Origin: Promethearchaeota archaeon
GTDB lineage: Archaea > Asgardarchaeota > Lokiarchaeia > Sigyniarchaeales > SOKP01
DNA: 43,939 bases
Assembly (NCBI GenBank): GCA_048941285.1
Contig: JBHLNS010000029.1
Location: 1-43,939 of the forward strand
Direction of reading: 5' to 3'
Part shown: positions 28,734 through 37,681 of the stretch, one piece after another
How the letters are laid out: each line of letters starts with the position of its first letter
Numbering within the stretch: the first letter of the stretch is position 1
Translations under genes and position numbers: made by a program
The notes under the pieces: model-generated
Database searches by the model: none
Told to the model about the DNA's origin: nothing
The model's input: only the letters and a program-made list of their open reading frames with translations

Positions 28734-29279
28734 TTAAATAAGTTGAGATTTGAGATACAGATTTTCAATAATATCTTCAAATGCTTTATGAACTCCTTGC
28801 CCAGTTTTAGCGGAAGTTATATAATAACCAATAAAATTGTATTTATTAACTCTCTCCTGAATTTTAGTATGGTCTAGATTATCTAGATCAATTAAATCCT
28901 CTTTATTAGCCCAAAGAACCGTAGGTATGTCTCCACAGAATCGTTTAATCTCATCATACCAATTTTTAATATGTTTAAAACTATTTCTTCCAAGATCATT
29001 CTCTTCTAGACTATAAACAATTATTGCAGCATCACTGTTTCTATAGAATGATGGTCGTAAAAAATCGAGATCACGTTGTCCTGCAATATCCCAAAATAAT
29101 AATCGAATATGATCTTTATCAATTTGCTTATCGAATTTTGAAAATTGAGCTCCAATTGTCTCGACATAATCAGTTTCAAAAGTACCTAACGTGAACTTTT
29201 GAATGAGGGATGTCTTCCCTACCCTTCCGTCTCCAATTAATGTAATTTTAAACCGTAATTTTTTTCCAGAATTGCCCAT
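28734..29279 (-). CDS. Rab-like small GTPase
   Basis: G1 GDGRVGKTS, switch I TIGAQF, G3 WDIAGQ, G4 NKED, G5 SAKTG; no C-terminal prenylation motif. Confidence 0.93.
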   Translation of the reverse strand: MGNSGKKLRFKITLIGDGRVGKTSLIQKFTLGTFETDYVETIGAQFSKFDKQIDKDHIRLLFWDIAGQRDLDFLRPSFYRNSDAAIIVYSLEENDLGRNSFKHIKNWYDEIKRFCGDIPTVLWANKEDLIDLDNLDHTKIQERVNKYNFIGYYITSAKTGQGVHKAFEDIIENLYLKSQLI

Positions 29280-29473
29280 AGAATAATATTTCTTCAGAAA
29301 CTCGTATTTAACTTAAATTTAGCTTTTTAATTATAAAAAACTTTGTTAAATATCATATTTGTTAGAAATTCTGATGAATCAAAACTGATAGATATTCCAA
29401 AAAAAGTTAAATAACATTCATGTACAAATTATAATTAACTTAAGAAATTTCAAATAATGAAGACTAAGCATTA

Positions 29474-30514
29474 GTGATGATAAGAAGAAACATTTTTGCA
29501 ATTATCATTATGATCCTTATCGGTTTTGGAATGATTATTTCTTTACCTATAGTAATTCTTTCAATTAGTGTCTTATCTTATCACAGTATTGAATATAATA
29601 ACTTTTTCTATTATTACAATAAATCCATGATTTCCCCGAAAATAAAATCATTAAATATTAATCTAGATGTAGGAGAGATCGAAGTTAATTATATTTATTC
29701 CCCTGTCAATTATGCTATTAAACTTGAACTAAATATCGAATTAATTAGTCAAAAAAATTTTGGTAGTTCATATTTAGATTATTTTGAACTTCCCACTTGG
29801 CATTATGAAAACAACGCAATTAAATTTATAATGAGCCTTAAACCAGATGTAATGGATATATGGTTTAATGCCTCTCTTTGGAAGAGCCAAGAAGTAAATT
29901 TAACTGCGACTATTAATGCGAACTTCTTATATAGTGTTAATACTACAATAAATTACATTGGTAATGTTGATATATTAGTACCAGCGGCTACAAGCATTCA
30001 TAACGTGGATGTAAAAATCAACCAAGGAAATATCTATTATGATTTTTTTTATTGTACTATTGAAGGCAATATTACTGGGGCTACTGTTTCTGGAGATATC
30101 ACATTAAAAGGAAATAATGTTAAATATACAAAAAATAACAAGATGTCTCTAACTAATGATGATGGCTTAATTATATTTAATATTTTTCAAGAAAGAGCTA
30201 TGAATGCAAATCTAACTGCCGTTGGAAAAACAAAAACAGGTGAAATCAAAATTCAATATCGTGATTTATCTGAGAATATCGGAGCTAAGTTTACTTTTTA
30301 TAATTATTCAGGTTCATGGCCAGATGAATATAATTCTTGGGTTGGTTTTGAAGATCCTGAATCTCTCTATGATCCCCCTCCCGTAAGACAAGTATTCACA
30401 TCTTTCGATTTCCAAACTGTGATAAACACCTATAACTTTTCGTTGTATAGAGATTTTTTAAACAAACCGTCGTTTCCATATACTGTTGACCTTTCCAGTA
30501 TTCCAAAAACTTGA
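29474..30514 (+). CDS. Membrane-anchored beta-strand-rich extracellular protein (DUF4097/adhesin-like)
   Basis: N-terminal TM; repeats LNINLDVGEIEV, VKINQGNI, TVSGDITL, TKTGEIKI; paralog of 40143. Confidence 0.65.
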   Translation: MMIRRNIFAIIIMILIGFGMIISLPIVILSISVLSYHSIEYNNFFYYYNKSMISPKIKSLNINLDVGEIEVNYIYSPVNYAIKLELNIELISQKNFGSSYLDYFELPTWHYENNAIKFIMSLKPDVMDIWFNASLWKSQEVNLTATINANFLYSVNTTINYIGNVDILVPAATSIHNVDVKINQGNIYYDFFYCTIEGNITGATVSGDITLKGNNVKYTKNNKMSLTNDDGLIIFNIFQERAMNANLTAVGKTKTGEIKIQYRDLSENIGAKFTFYNYSGSWPDEYNSWVGFEDPESLYDPPPVRQVFTSFDFQTVINTYNFSLYRDFLNKPSFPYTVDLSSIPKT

Positions 30515-30585
30515 ATCTGTTATAAAAATAATTTTATTTCGAAAAAAAAAAAAGACTAAAAAAAAAGGAGTTATAATTTGATTAT

Positions 30586-32289
30586 TTAGACAAAAAACAT
30601 ATTTTTAAAAGCCCCAGCGCCCCAATCCCCCCAACCTCGTAGGTTTGATCGATATACATCATACCATACACAAGAATATAGCAATGCAACAGGAAAAACT
30701 TCTTCAATTAAACGTTTTTGGATATTATAATAGAGATGGGCTCTCTGTACTAAATTAGTTTCTACTAGTCCCTCTTCCATCCATTCTTGAACAATACTAT
30801 CATTTGTTTGTTGATAATTAGATTCTCCATCAATTTTACTTGAAAATACAGCATTAATAGTGTTTGCAGGATCATTAAAATCAATAATCCATCCTACCCA
30901 GAATAAATCTATATTTGAAGTAAATATATTGTTAAAATTGTCTGGTGAAGTCAGACCAAGGACATCTACTTTTACACCAATTTGTTTGAGACATTCTAAT
31001 ACTATACCAGGAAGTTCCCCCCTAAATGTTTCTTCCTTTCCAAGAACATATGATATATTATATATTCCTAAAGGAGTTGGCCCATTTGCTAATGTTTCCC
31101 ATTCATTTCCAGTAGTAATATTATCATTTACTATTAAACTTTCAGTTCCAGGCCAATTTGCATCTTTTAAAACTTGGCGAGCAATTGAAATATTATAATA
31201 TGGAACATCAAAATCCCCCCAATTAGAATAGAGTGTTCCTAAGGGTAAGGGGGATTGACATCTTATTTGAGAGCCATGTGAGTGAAAATCATGAAGTTCA
31301 AGTATAGCGCTATAATTTAATGCATATGATATTGCCTTTCTCATGGTAGTATTAATCCTTTGGTTATTCATTCCTAAGTAATCAAATCCCTTTTCCACAA
31401 AATCATCCACTACAATTGTAGTATCATTCATGTAAGCTTCCCAGTAGCTGTCGTTTCCTACGGCATAATCTGTCTCTTCTGCAAAAAATATTTCATTACT
31501 TTCAATATAATTAACAGAAAGGAAAACTAATTTATCTATGACAGGTTTAGGTCTACCCCAATAATTTTCATTTTTTTCAAGAGTTGTATTAACATATACA
31601 ATATTTGATTTAAAAATATACGGGCCGGTACCAACTACTTTTTCAGTGGAAGCATTAAGATACCTATTTTTCGGAGTAGATGTAGGGGATATTATATATG
31701 CCTGAGGATGTGTGAGTAAAGATCGAAAGGGAACATAAGGTTTATTCAACACAAATCTTACTATATAGTCATCGATAACTTCAGTCCTATTTAGAATTAG
31801 TGTTCCATCAGGATGATACCACAAATAAGTTAAAAATGGATGTGAAAAATTTTGGAGCCTATCAAAGTTCCACTTAACTGCAGAGGCATTAAATTGTGTT
31901 CCATCATGAAATCTAATCCCTTCTCTAAGTGTACAAGTAAAATTTAATAGATCATCACTCCAAACTCCTTCTAGAGCTAGGTGAGGAACGTTTTCATGAT
32001 AATCCGTAGTTTGATTTACTTTTTCGTTGAATAATGGTTCAGCAATTTGCACAAAAGCGATGGGATCATAGAAGTATACAATAACAGGGTCTATAACCTC
32101 AAGTCCACCACCATATCCCATTATAAAAGTACCTCCTTTTCGTTTATCTAAATTAATTAGATAAATTCCTCCAATAATACCTGCGATTGCTATAGAAGCG
32201 ATTATACTTCCACTTATAAGTGGTTTTTTTAACTCATTTAATACTCTTTTTGGTCCTTTCTTCTTGGATTTCGGTTCTTTTTGGCTCAT
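30586..32289 (-). CDS. Family 5 (OppA/DppA-like) solute-binding protein with N-terminal membrane anchor
   Basis: FTCTLREGIRFHDGTQFNASAVKWNF, VGTGPYIF, MRKAISYALN, GWIIDFNDP, YNIQKRL. Confidence 0.9.
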   Translation of the reverse strand: MSQKEPKSKKKGPKRVLNELKKPLISGSIIASIAIAGIIGGIYLINLDKRKGGTFIMGYGGGLEVIDPVIVYFYDPIAFVQIAEPLFNEKVNQTTDYHENVPHLALEGVWSDDLLNFTCTLREGIRFHDGTQFNASAVKWNFDRLQNFSHPFLTYLWYHPDGTLILNRTEVIDDYIVRFVLNKPYVPFRSLLTHPQAYIISPTSTPKNRYLNASTEKVVGTGPYIFKSNIVYVNTTLEKNENYWGRPKPVIDKLVFLSVNYIESNEIFFAEETDYAVGNDSYWEAYMNDTTIVVDDFVEKGFDYLGMNNQRINTTMRKAISYALNYSAILELHDFHSHGSQIRCQSPLPLGTLYSNWGDFDVPYYNISIARQVLKDANWPGTESLIVNDNITTGNEWETLANGPTPLGIYNISYVLGKEETFRGELPGIVLECLKQIGVKVDVLGLTSPDNFNNIFTSNIDLFWVGWIIDFNDPANTINAVFSSKIDGESNYQQTNDSIVQEWMEEGLVETNLVQRAHLYYNIQKRLIEEVFPVALLYSCVWYDVYRSNLRGWGDWGAGAFKNMFFV

Positions 32290-32440
32290 ATCTTATACCT
32301 TAATAATTAATTGATATTGACAATTTGCATATTGCAAAGTGGATATTTTAATATAATTTAGTTATTCATCGCTTGTTTTTTTAAAGTTTTCGGTTATAAC
32401 CCACTAAAAAGAAGATTAGATTCAAAGTTTTAATCATTTT

Positions 32441-32986
32441 TTAGATTGATATAGACTTATGATATAAATTATTTATAATGGCATCAAAAGCCTCATGAAC
32501 TTCTTGTCTGGTTTTAGCTAAAATTATATAATAAACAATAAAATCGTATTTATTAACTTTTTTTTGAATTTTAGAATAGTTAAGATTGTTTATATTAATT
32601 AAATCTTCTTTATTAGCCCAAAGAACAGTGGGTATATTTTTACAGAACCTTTTAATCTCTTCATACCAATTTTTAATAAGATTAAAGTTATTTCTTCCAA
32701 GGTCATTCTCTTCAAGGTTATAAACTATTATCGCAGCATCACTATCTTTATAGAATGATGGTCATAAAAAATCGAGATCCCCATGCCCTGCGATATCCCA
32801 AAATATCAATCGAATATGATCTCTATCGATCTGCTTATCGAATTTCGAGAATTGAGTATCAATAATCTCAACGTAGTCAGTCTCAAAAGTACCAAATCTA
32901 AACTTTTGAATAAGGGAAGTTTTTTCTACTCGACCATCTCCAATCACAGTAATTTTATACCGTAATTTTTTTCCAGAATTACTCAT
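32441..32986 (-). pseudogene. Rab-like GTPase pseudogene (paralog of 28734)
   Basis: Same length (546 nt) as the intact copy; in-frame TGA at 32764-32762 where the paralog has CGA (Arg); G1 GK>EK, TIGAQ>IIDTQ, TSAKTGQG>ILAKTRQE. Confidence 0.85.
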
Positions 32987-33104
32987 AAAATGGAATAAAT
33001 TGAAGAAGATTATGTTTAACAATTGATCAGCTTTTCAATTATGAAAAATTTTGTTAAAATCGGTCGAATAATTATTAACAGAATCAAATTTTAAAAAAAA
33101 AGAA

Positions 33105-33172
33105 ATAGAATGGAGTTATAATAGATTAGTGATGGGTAATCTTATAGCCGATCATCTAATCTTTATTCTCCA
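33105..33172. terminator. Conserved long hairpin, copy D (downstream of the 33216 gene)
   Basis: ATAGAA-TGGAG..AGATTAG-TGAT..ATCA-T-CTAATCT..CTCCA, preceded by an A-tract. Confidence 0.5.
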
Positions 33173-33215
33173 AATTAGAATTTTTTAGTGATATGAAACT
33201 TTTTGATACTAATTT

Positions 33216-33914
33216 CTATTTTTTTCTCTTTCGAATAATTACAATCGCAATTATTATTGCAACTGCTCCTATTCCTGAGATTAATATTATCCATAGATAC
33301 AATGGCATCCCGGGAGCTACTGCAAGCGCGTTTGTTGATTCAAATTCATAATGATTCCAATCTGTTAGATGATTAATTGTTCCATTCACTAGGAAACCTT
33401 TAGTTTTTTCATACCAAAGTACACTTCCATAAGCATCCTCCAATTGCCAAACTCTCATAGTTTCATGCATCGCTTCACCAGTAACAGTGAATATAACGTC
33501 ACCATCAAAACCATGGACACACCTATATATATTACACATTTTCAATTGATCATTAATAGAAACATCAGTGTAAATCCAAAATACTGAATGATTACCTTCA
33601 AATGGGCCAAAATTTATTACATTTGATATAACTCTATTGGTAGTATTTATATCCCAATACCCAATATCATTAATAGGATATTTTAACCAATTCTCAATAT
33701 TAAACATATCATCTGATATCTTAGAAAACGTTAGGCTCATAGATATCTGTTGCCCTGGCATTGCTGAAAGAGTCAAAGTATGGTTAACAACCATGCCATC
33801 GAAGATCCCTACCTTATTAGAAATACCAATAGTAGAAAGGTGTGAAAAGAATATCGAAAATGTAATTAATATCAGAAAAAATTTCATTAAATTTGATTTT
33901 TTTATTTTTAACAC
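33216..33914 (-). CDS. Cell-surface hypothetical protein with signal peptide and C-terminal TM anchor
   Basis: Signal-like N-terminus, LWYEKTKGFLV motif, APGMP + TM + RKRKK tail. Start uncertain (the GTG is part of SD GGAGGTG). Confidence 0.75.
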   Translation of the reverse strand: MLKIKKSNLMKFFLILITFSIFFSHLSTIGISNKVGIFDGMVVNHTLTLSAMPGQQISMSLTFSKISDDMFNIENWLKYPINDIGYWDINTTNRVISNVINFGPFEGNHSVFWIYTDVSINDQLKMCNIYRCVHGFDGDVIFTVTGEAMHETMRVWQLEDAYGSVLWYEKTKGFLVNGTINHLTDWNHYEFESTNALAVAPGMPLYLWIILISGIGAVAIIIAIVIIRKRKK

Positions 33915-33959
33915 CTCCTAAGATTAAATTAGGGCTATAGATATTGATCCAATCTTTTT

Positions 33960-33999
33960 ATTTTTAGATTTAGCTTCGAAAGATTTACTAAAGTCCGAA
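33960..33999 (-). promoter_or_regulatory. TTCG-N17-CGAA motif / promoter, copy 2
   Basis: Minus strand TTCGGACTTTAGTAAATCTTTCGAAGCTAAATCTAAAAAT upstream of the 33216-33914 gene. Confidence 0.65.
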
Positions 34000-34137
34000 G
34001 TTTGTTGAATTTTGAATTTAACCAAGAAATCTAAAGTACTTTAATATTTAAGTATATGAAGTTTTTTTTCCCTAAATAACATCTTAAGTTATATATTTAC
34101 TATGAATAGAATAAAAACAAGATTGTAAAAAAAAAAT

Positions 34138-34215
34138 TATAGAATAGGAGGATTGATTGTGTTTATATGATCATCAGAGAAGCCATATAGATAAATTTAA
34201 CCCTCCAATTCTATA
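34138..34215. terminator. Conserved long hairpin, copy B (downstream of the 34294 gene)
   Basis: TATAGAAT-A-GGAGG..TTTATATG-loop-CATATAGA..CCTCC-A-ATTCTATA, preceded by an A-tract. Confidence 0.55.
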
Positions 34216-34293
34216 CTTTAATTAATAATTTCAACCCTCGTTTGTTAATTCTCCCTTCTTATATTTTATTGATTAATAAAATTGCTCAAGTTG

Positions 34294-35619
34294 TTAAAAT
34301 TTACGGAAAGATTTAAGAAATTCTCTCTTCTGTTCTAATGCTTCTTGTATTTCAGAACCAGGGGAGTTGCCTTGCATATTATTCATTCCGACTATGATAT
34401 TGTTGTCACCACCGATATCCAACACATTTGTTTTTGTAGAGCCTCCGACAATTACGCATTCACTCGCAAAAAGCAAGACAATTGGAGCCCAATAGGCATC
34501 AACATTTTGAACATTATTACCAAGCAGCAAATTGTTATAGGCATAATAACATGCAATAGCATAATCTGCAGTACCACGAATGATGTTGTTAATGATAAAA
34601 GCATCCTGCACCATTGTTGTCCAAATTCCACCCCAGAATGTATCACACAAAATTTTATTACTTGAGACGATTGACTCGAGTGATCCCGATCCTGAATAAT
34701 CCTCTAAGCAAATGCCATCTGCCATTATTGATGGGTTTAAAGTGTTATGAGATATAAGCCACTGACAAGGGGATGGAGCAAATTGCATTGCCCAAATACC
34801 AGCAAAAGCGTTTGCCTCAATATAATTATTAGAAATCTCAAATTTTGAATTGCTATTATCAGCATTAATTACTCCAATAGCACCTCCTACGATCGAGTTT
34901 GACTTAATTGTCAATTCACAATTCATTAATCCCCATGCTGTAATACCTAACCATAGTGAATTGAATTCACAATCAGTAATAATATGTCTTCCAGTTGTAG
35001 TTAGACCTCCTCCATATTCAACTCCTACTCTAACATTATAGCTTTTAACTGAATAAAGAGGATGCCAGGGATCATAAAGTGCTGTCCCTTCATGACCTGC
35101 AAATTCAACATTTTCAATTCGAGATTTTATATCTCCTGTTATTAAGATGGCTGATAATAAATCGTACCACCAACCGTCTGGTGGTGGGGGTCCCCATGGT
35201 TCAGCAGGCTCATAAGGTGTAATGTCAAAACTTAAATCAGAGATATCTACATCTCCTCCTAAAAATGTAAATATATGAGGGCTACCCATAGGACTAGAAA
35301 CCCCTGATGCGCCAGGGTCTAATCCTCTAAGGACATCAATTTTGGTAAGATCCTTACCTGTTCCCTTAAATGTACCATAGAAATTTACAACAAAAATTTC
35401 ATTAGTATAAAATTGTCCAGCGGTTAGCTGAACTGTGTCTCTTGGACCTGCTGCATCGAATGCTGCTTGTATGTTTGCAGTATCATCTCCACCTGATGGA
35501 GATACTATAAATGTCGTTGAATCAGCGTAGGCTGGCCCGATTATCAAAATATAAAAGCCAAAGAACATTGCTAATGTTAAAATTCCGAGGATCAGACTAG
35601 ATTTTGTTTTCATTTTCAT
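34294..35619 (-). CDS. Secreted right-handed parallel beta-helix (pectin lyase/NosD-like) protein
   Basis: Signal peptide (AYA-D), GGDDTANIQAAFDAAG..TVQLTAG, repeated I.NN.I motifs. Confidence 0.82.
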   Translation of the reverse strand: MKMKTKSSLILGILTLAMFFGFYILIIGPAYADSTTFIVSPSGGDDTANIQAAFDAAGPRDTVQLTAGQFYTNEIFVVNFYGTFKGTGKDLTKIDVLRGLDPGASGVSSPMGSPHIFTFLGGDVDISDLSFDITPYEPAEPWGPPPPDGWWYDLLSAILITGDIKSRIENVEFAGHEGTALYDPWHPLYSVKSYNVRVGVEYGGGLTTTGRHIITDCEFNSLWLGITAWGLMNCELTIKSNSIVGGAIGVINADNSNSKFEISNNYIEANAFAGIWAMQFAPSPCQWLISHNTLNPSIMADGICLEDYSGSGSLESIVSSNKILCDTFWGGIWTTMVQDAFIINNIIRGTADYAIACYYAYNNLLLGNNVQNVDAYWAPIVLLFASECVIVGGSTKTNVLDIGGDNNIIVGMNNMQGNSPGSEIQEALEQKREFLKSFRKF

Positions 35620-35725
35620 TTTTCTTACCTCTTATTTGTTTTATTTTTTTTAAATCAATAGTGAAATTTTATTTTCAACATCTTTATGTTAAATTATTGT
35701 TATTGAGAGTTATCCCCGCAATTTT

Positions 35726-35765
35726 ATTTTTAGATTTGGCTTCGGAATATTATATAAAGCTCGAA
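35726..35765 (-). promoter_or_regulatory. TTCG-N17-CGAA motif enclosing a TATA-like box, copy 3
   Basis: Minus strand TTCGAGCTTTATATAATATTCCGAAGCCAAATCTAAAAAT, between the 34294 gene and the divergent wHTH gene. Confidence 0.7.
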
Positions 35766-35938
35766 CTGTATCAAGTTTTAAATTTAAAGATAAAACAGAT
35801 TTAAGATGGGACTTATTATAAAAAAAGAATATAAGGACATCTAGCATATTTTTAAGTGAATATATTAGTAATAATATAAATAAGTGTCAAGACTTTTGTT
35901 TTATATTAAAAATACGAGATCCATGGTGTTTTAAAAAA

Positions 35939-37285
35939 ATTTGTGCTAAAAATCTAAACTATCCTCCATCTGAAATAATAACTCCCTCGGGGATTGAAAA
36001 GAAGGATTTTGAATATATTATTTTGTGGATGCTAAATAACAATGAAGAATGCAATTGGTCTGACTTTTTAGATGAACCTTTAGCATTTAGTTTAGCTACA
36101 TTATCAAAATATATGAATCTGTTGATGAGAAATGGATTTGTAGGAAAAAAAGAGAAAGGAATTTATAAAATTACACCAGAAGGTCGTAAAAGATATTTTG
36201 ATCTAAGATTTAAAGATTCATTTGATAAAAAATTGAGATATCCTCCTGAAATTATCCTAAATAAGCGAAATTATGATCATATAATTCTATGGATGCTATA
36301 TAATAATGAATATTGTAATTGGAAAGATTTTCTTGAGAAACCACTATTGATTAATCATAATTCCCTCTCAAAATATCTAAAATTTTTATTAGAAAAGGGA
36401 TATGTAAAAAATGAAAATAATGAATATAAAATTACTGAAACTGGTGAATCCCAGTATTCAAAAGTTCTAAAAAAATATGAATTGGATTACCAATCAATTT
36501 TAAAGGAAGAAATTAGAAGACTTGAAGAAATTAAAGAAAAGGCAACAGCTTTTCTTGAAAATCATGAAATTGATAATGATGAAGTTAAGATTATATTTTT
36601 AGATTTAATAAACCATTTAGATTATTCTAAATCTGAGAAATTATTATCTTCGCAAGATGATTATTATAAAATTATTTTATTTCTTAGTATTAATCATCCA
36701 ATTCTATATCCAGAATATATATCACCCAAAGATTTTTCTTTAAATTTTGCTATTAATATCAACACTCTGAATTTTTTCATTCAGAAAATTATAGATGAGA
36801 ATTTGTACGGAATAAAATTCTTTAATTTGAATTTTGGCAGAAATTGTAATTACTTTTTCAGAGTAGATGAAAAATTCGAGAAAATGTTAAATTTGATCAT
36901 AGATGAAAATATAGTAAAATTTAGTTTTCTTCATAAATTGCAACCAAATACACCTGATGACGAAAAAAATATACAAACCATAAGTTTGATCGTAAATATT
37001 GCAGAAGACCTTTATAATAAATTATTTAATCAAGAAGTAAAGTCCTATATAGTAGAATTTTTACCAAAATACATCAATTATTTATATGGGAATTTTAAAA
37101 GAAGAGATTATTCTAATAACGTGATAGAAACATTCAAGGGTATGGTTTATGAAAATATAATAAATTTAGACTGGGATAAATATTATCCAATAATATTAAA
37201 GAAAGGATTAGTATCATCTCTTTTGAATGAATATCCCAAATATACGATCTTGGATGAACTTAAGAAAATATTGAAAGATCAATAA
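35939..37285 (+). CDS. Tandem winged-HTH regulator (paralog of 21966, no TPR tail); true start upstream of 36023
   Basis: In-frame upstream sequence NLNYPPSEIITPSGIEKKDFEYIILWML matches TINYPSEEIIKHPIGEKKDYDHIILWML. No in-frame ATG/GTG/TTG; ATT at 35939 is the candidate start. Confidence 0.8.
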   Translation: MCAKNLNYPPSEIITPSGIEKKDFEYIILWMLNNNEECNWSDFLDEPLAFSLATLSKYMNLLMRNGFVGKKEKGIYKITPEGRKRYFDLRFKDSFDKKLRYPPEIILNKRNYDHIILWMLYNNEYCNWKDFLEKPLLINHNSLSKYLKFLLEKGYVKNENNEYKITETGESQYSKVLKKYELDYQSILKEEIRRLEEIKEKATAFLENHEIDNDEVKIIFLDLINHLDYSKSEKLLSSQDDYYKIILFLSINHPILYPEYISPKDFSLNFAININTLNFFIQKIIDENLYGIKFFNLNFGRNCNYFFRVDEKFEKMLNLIIDENIVKFSFLHKLQPNTPDDEKNIQTISLIVNIAEDLYNKLFNQEVKSYIVEFLPKYINYLYGNFKRRDYSNNVIETFKGMVYENIINLDWDKYYPIILKKGLVSSLLNEYPKYTILDELKKILKDQ

Positions 37286-37292
37286 AATTATA

Positions 37293-37332
37293 TTCGTACT
37301 TTTTAAAATATTCCGAAGCTTAATCTAAAAAT
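37293..37332 (+). promoter_or_regulatory. TTCG-N17-CGAA motif / promoter, copy 4 (upstream of the second Ubl)
   Basis: TTCGTACTTTTTAAAATATTCCGAAGCTTAATCTAAAAAT. Confidence 0.65.
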
Positions 37333-37425
37333 GATTAGCTGACTATGATTTATTTAATAATAATTATAATATGGGTTTTACTATTTTATTAATATCTTGA
37401 ATTATTTAAAAAAGACTTCCAAAAA

Positions 37426-37680
37426 ATGATATTATCAGTTGAAGATACACGAGGAGGCAAGATAATAAAACTAGATGTCAATGAGAGACATTTAATTGAA
37501 AGTATTATAACTATTGTGGTTAAGCATATGAATATCATAACTTCTGAGCAACGTTCTTTTGCTCTAATATATAAAGGAAAAGAATTACCCAATTCAATTA
37601 CAATTGGACAAGTAGTTCAAGATTACGGTTTAAAGGAAAATGATAAACTAGAATTATGGGCAAAAGTAATTGGAGGTTAA
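37426..37680 (+). CDS. Ubiquitin-like protein, mature form (ends in GG)
   Basis: Close paralog of 27027; ends WAKVIGG-stop. Confidence 0.87.
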   Translation: MILSVEDTRGGKIIKLDVNERHLIESIITIVVKHMNIITSEQRSFALIYKGKELPNSITIGQVVQDYGLKENDKLELWAKVIGG

Positions 37681-37681
37681 C

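Noticed and set aside
32762-32764. In-frame TGA in the second Rab-like gene as selenocysteine
   Set aside because: It aligns to Arg (CGA), not Cys, and GTPase motifs are also damaged; pseudogene is simpler.
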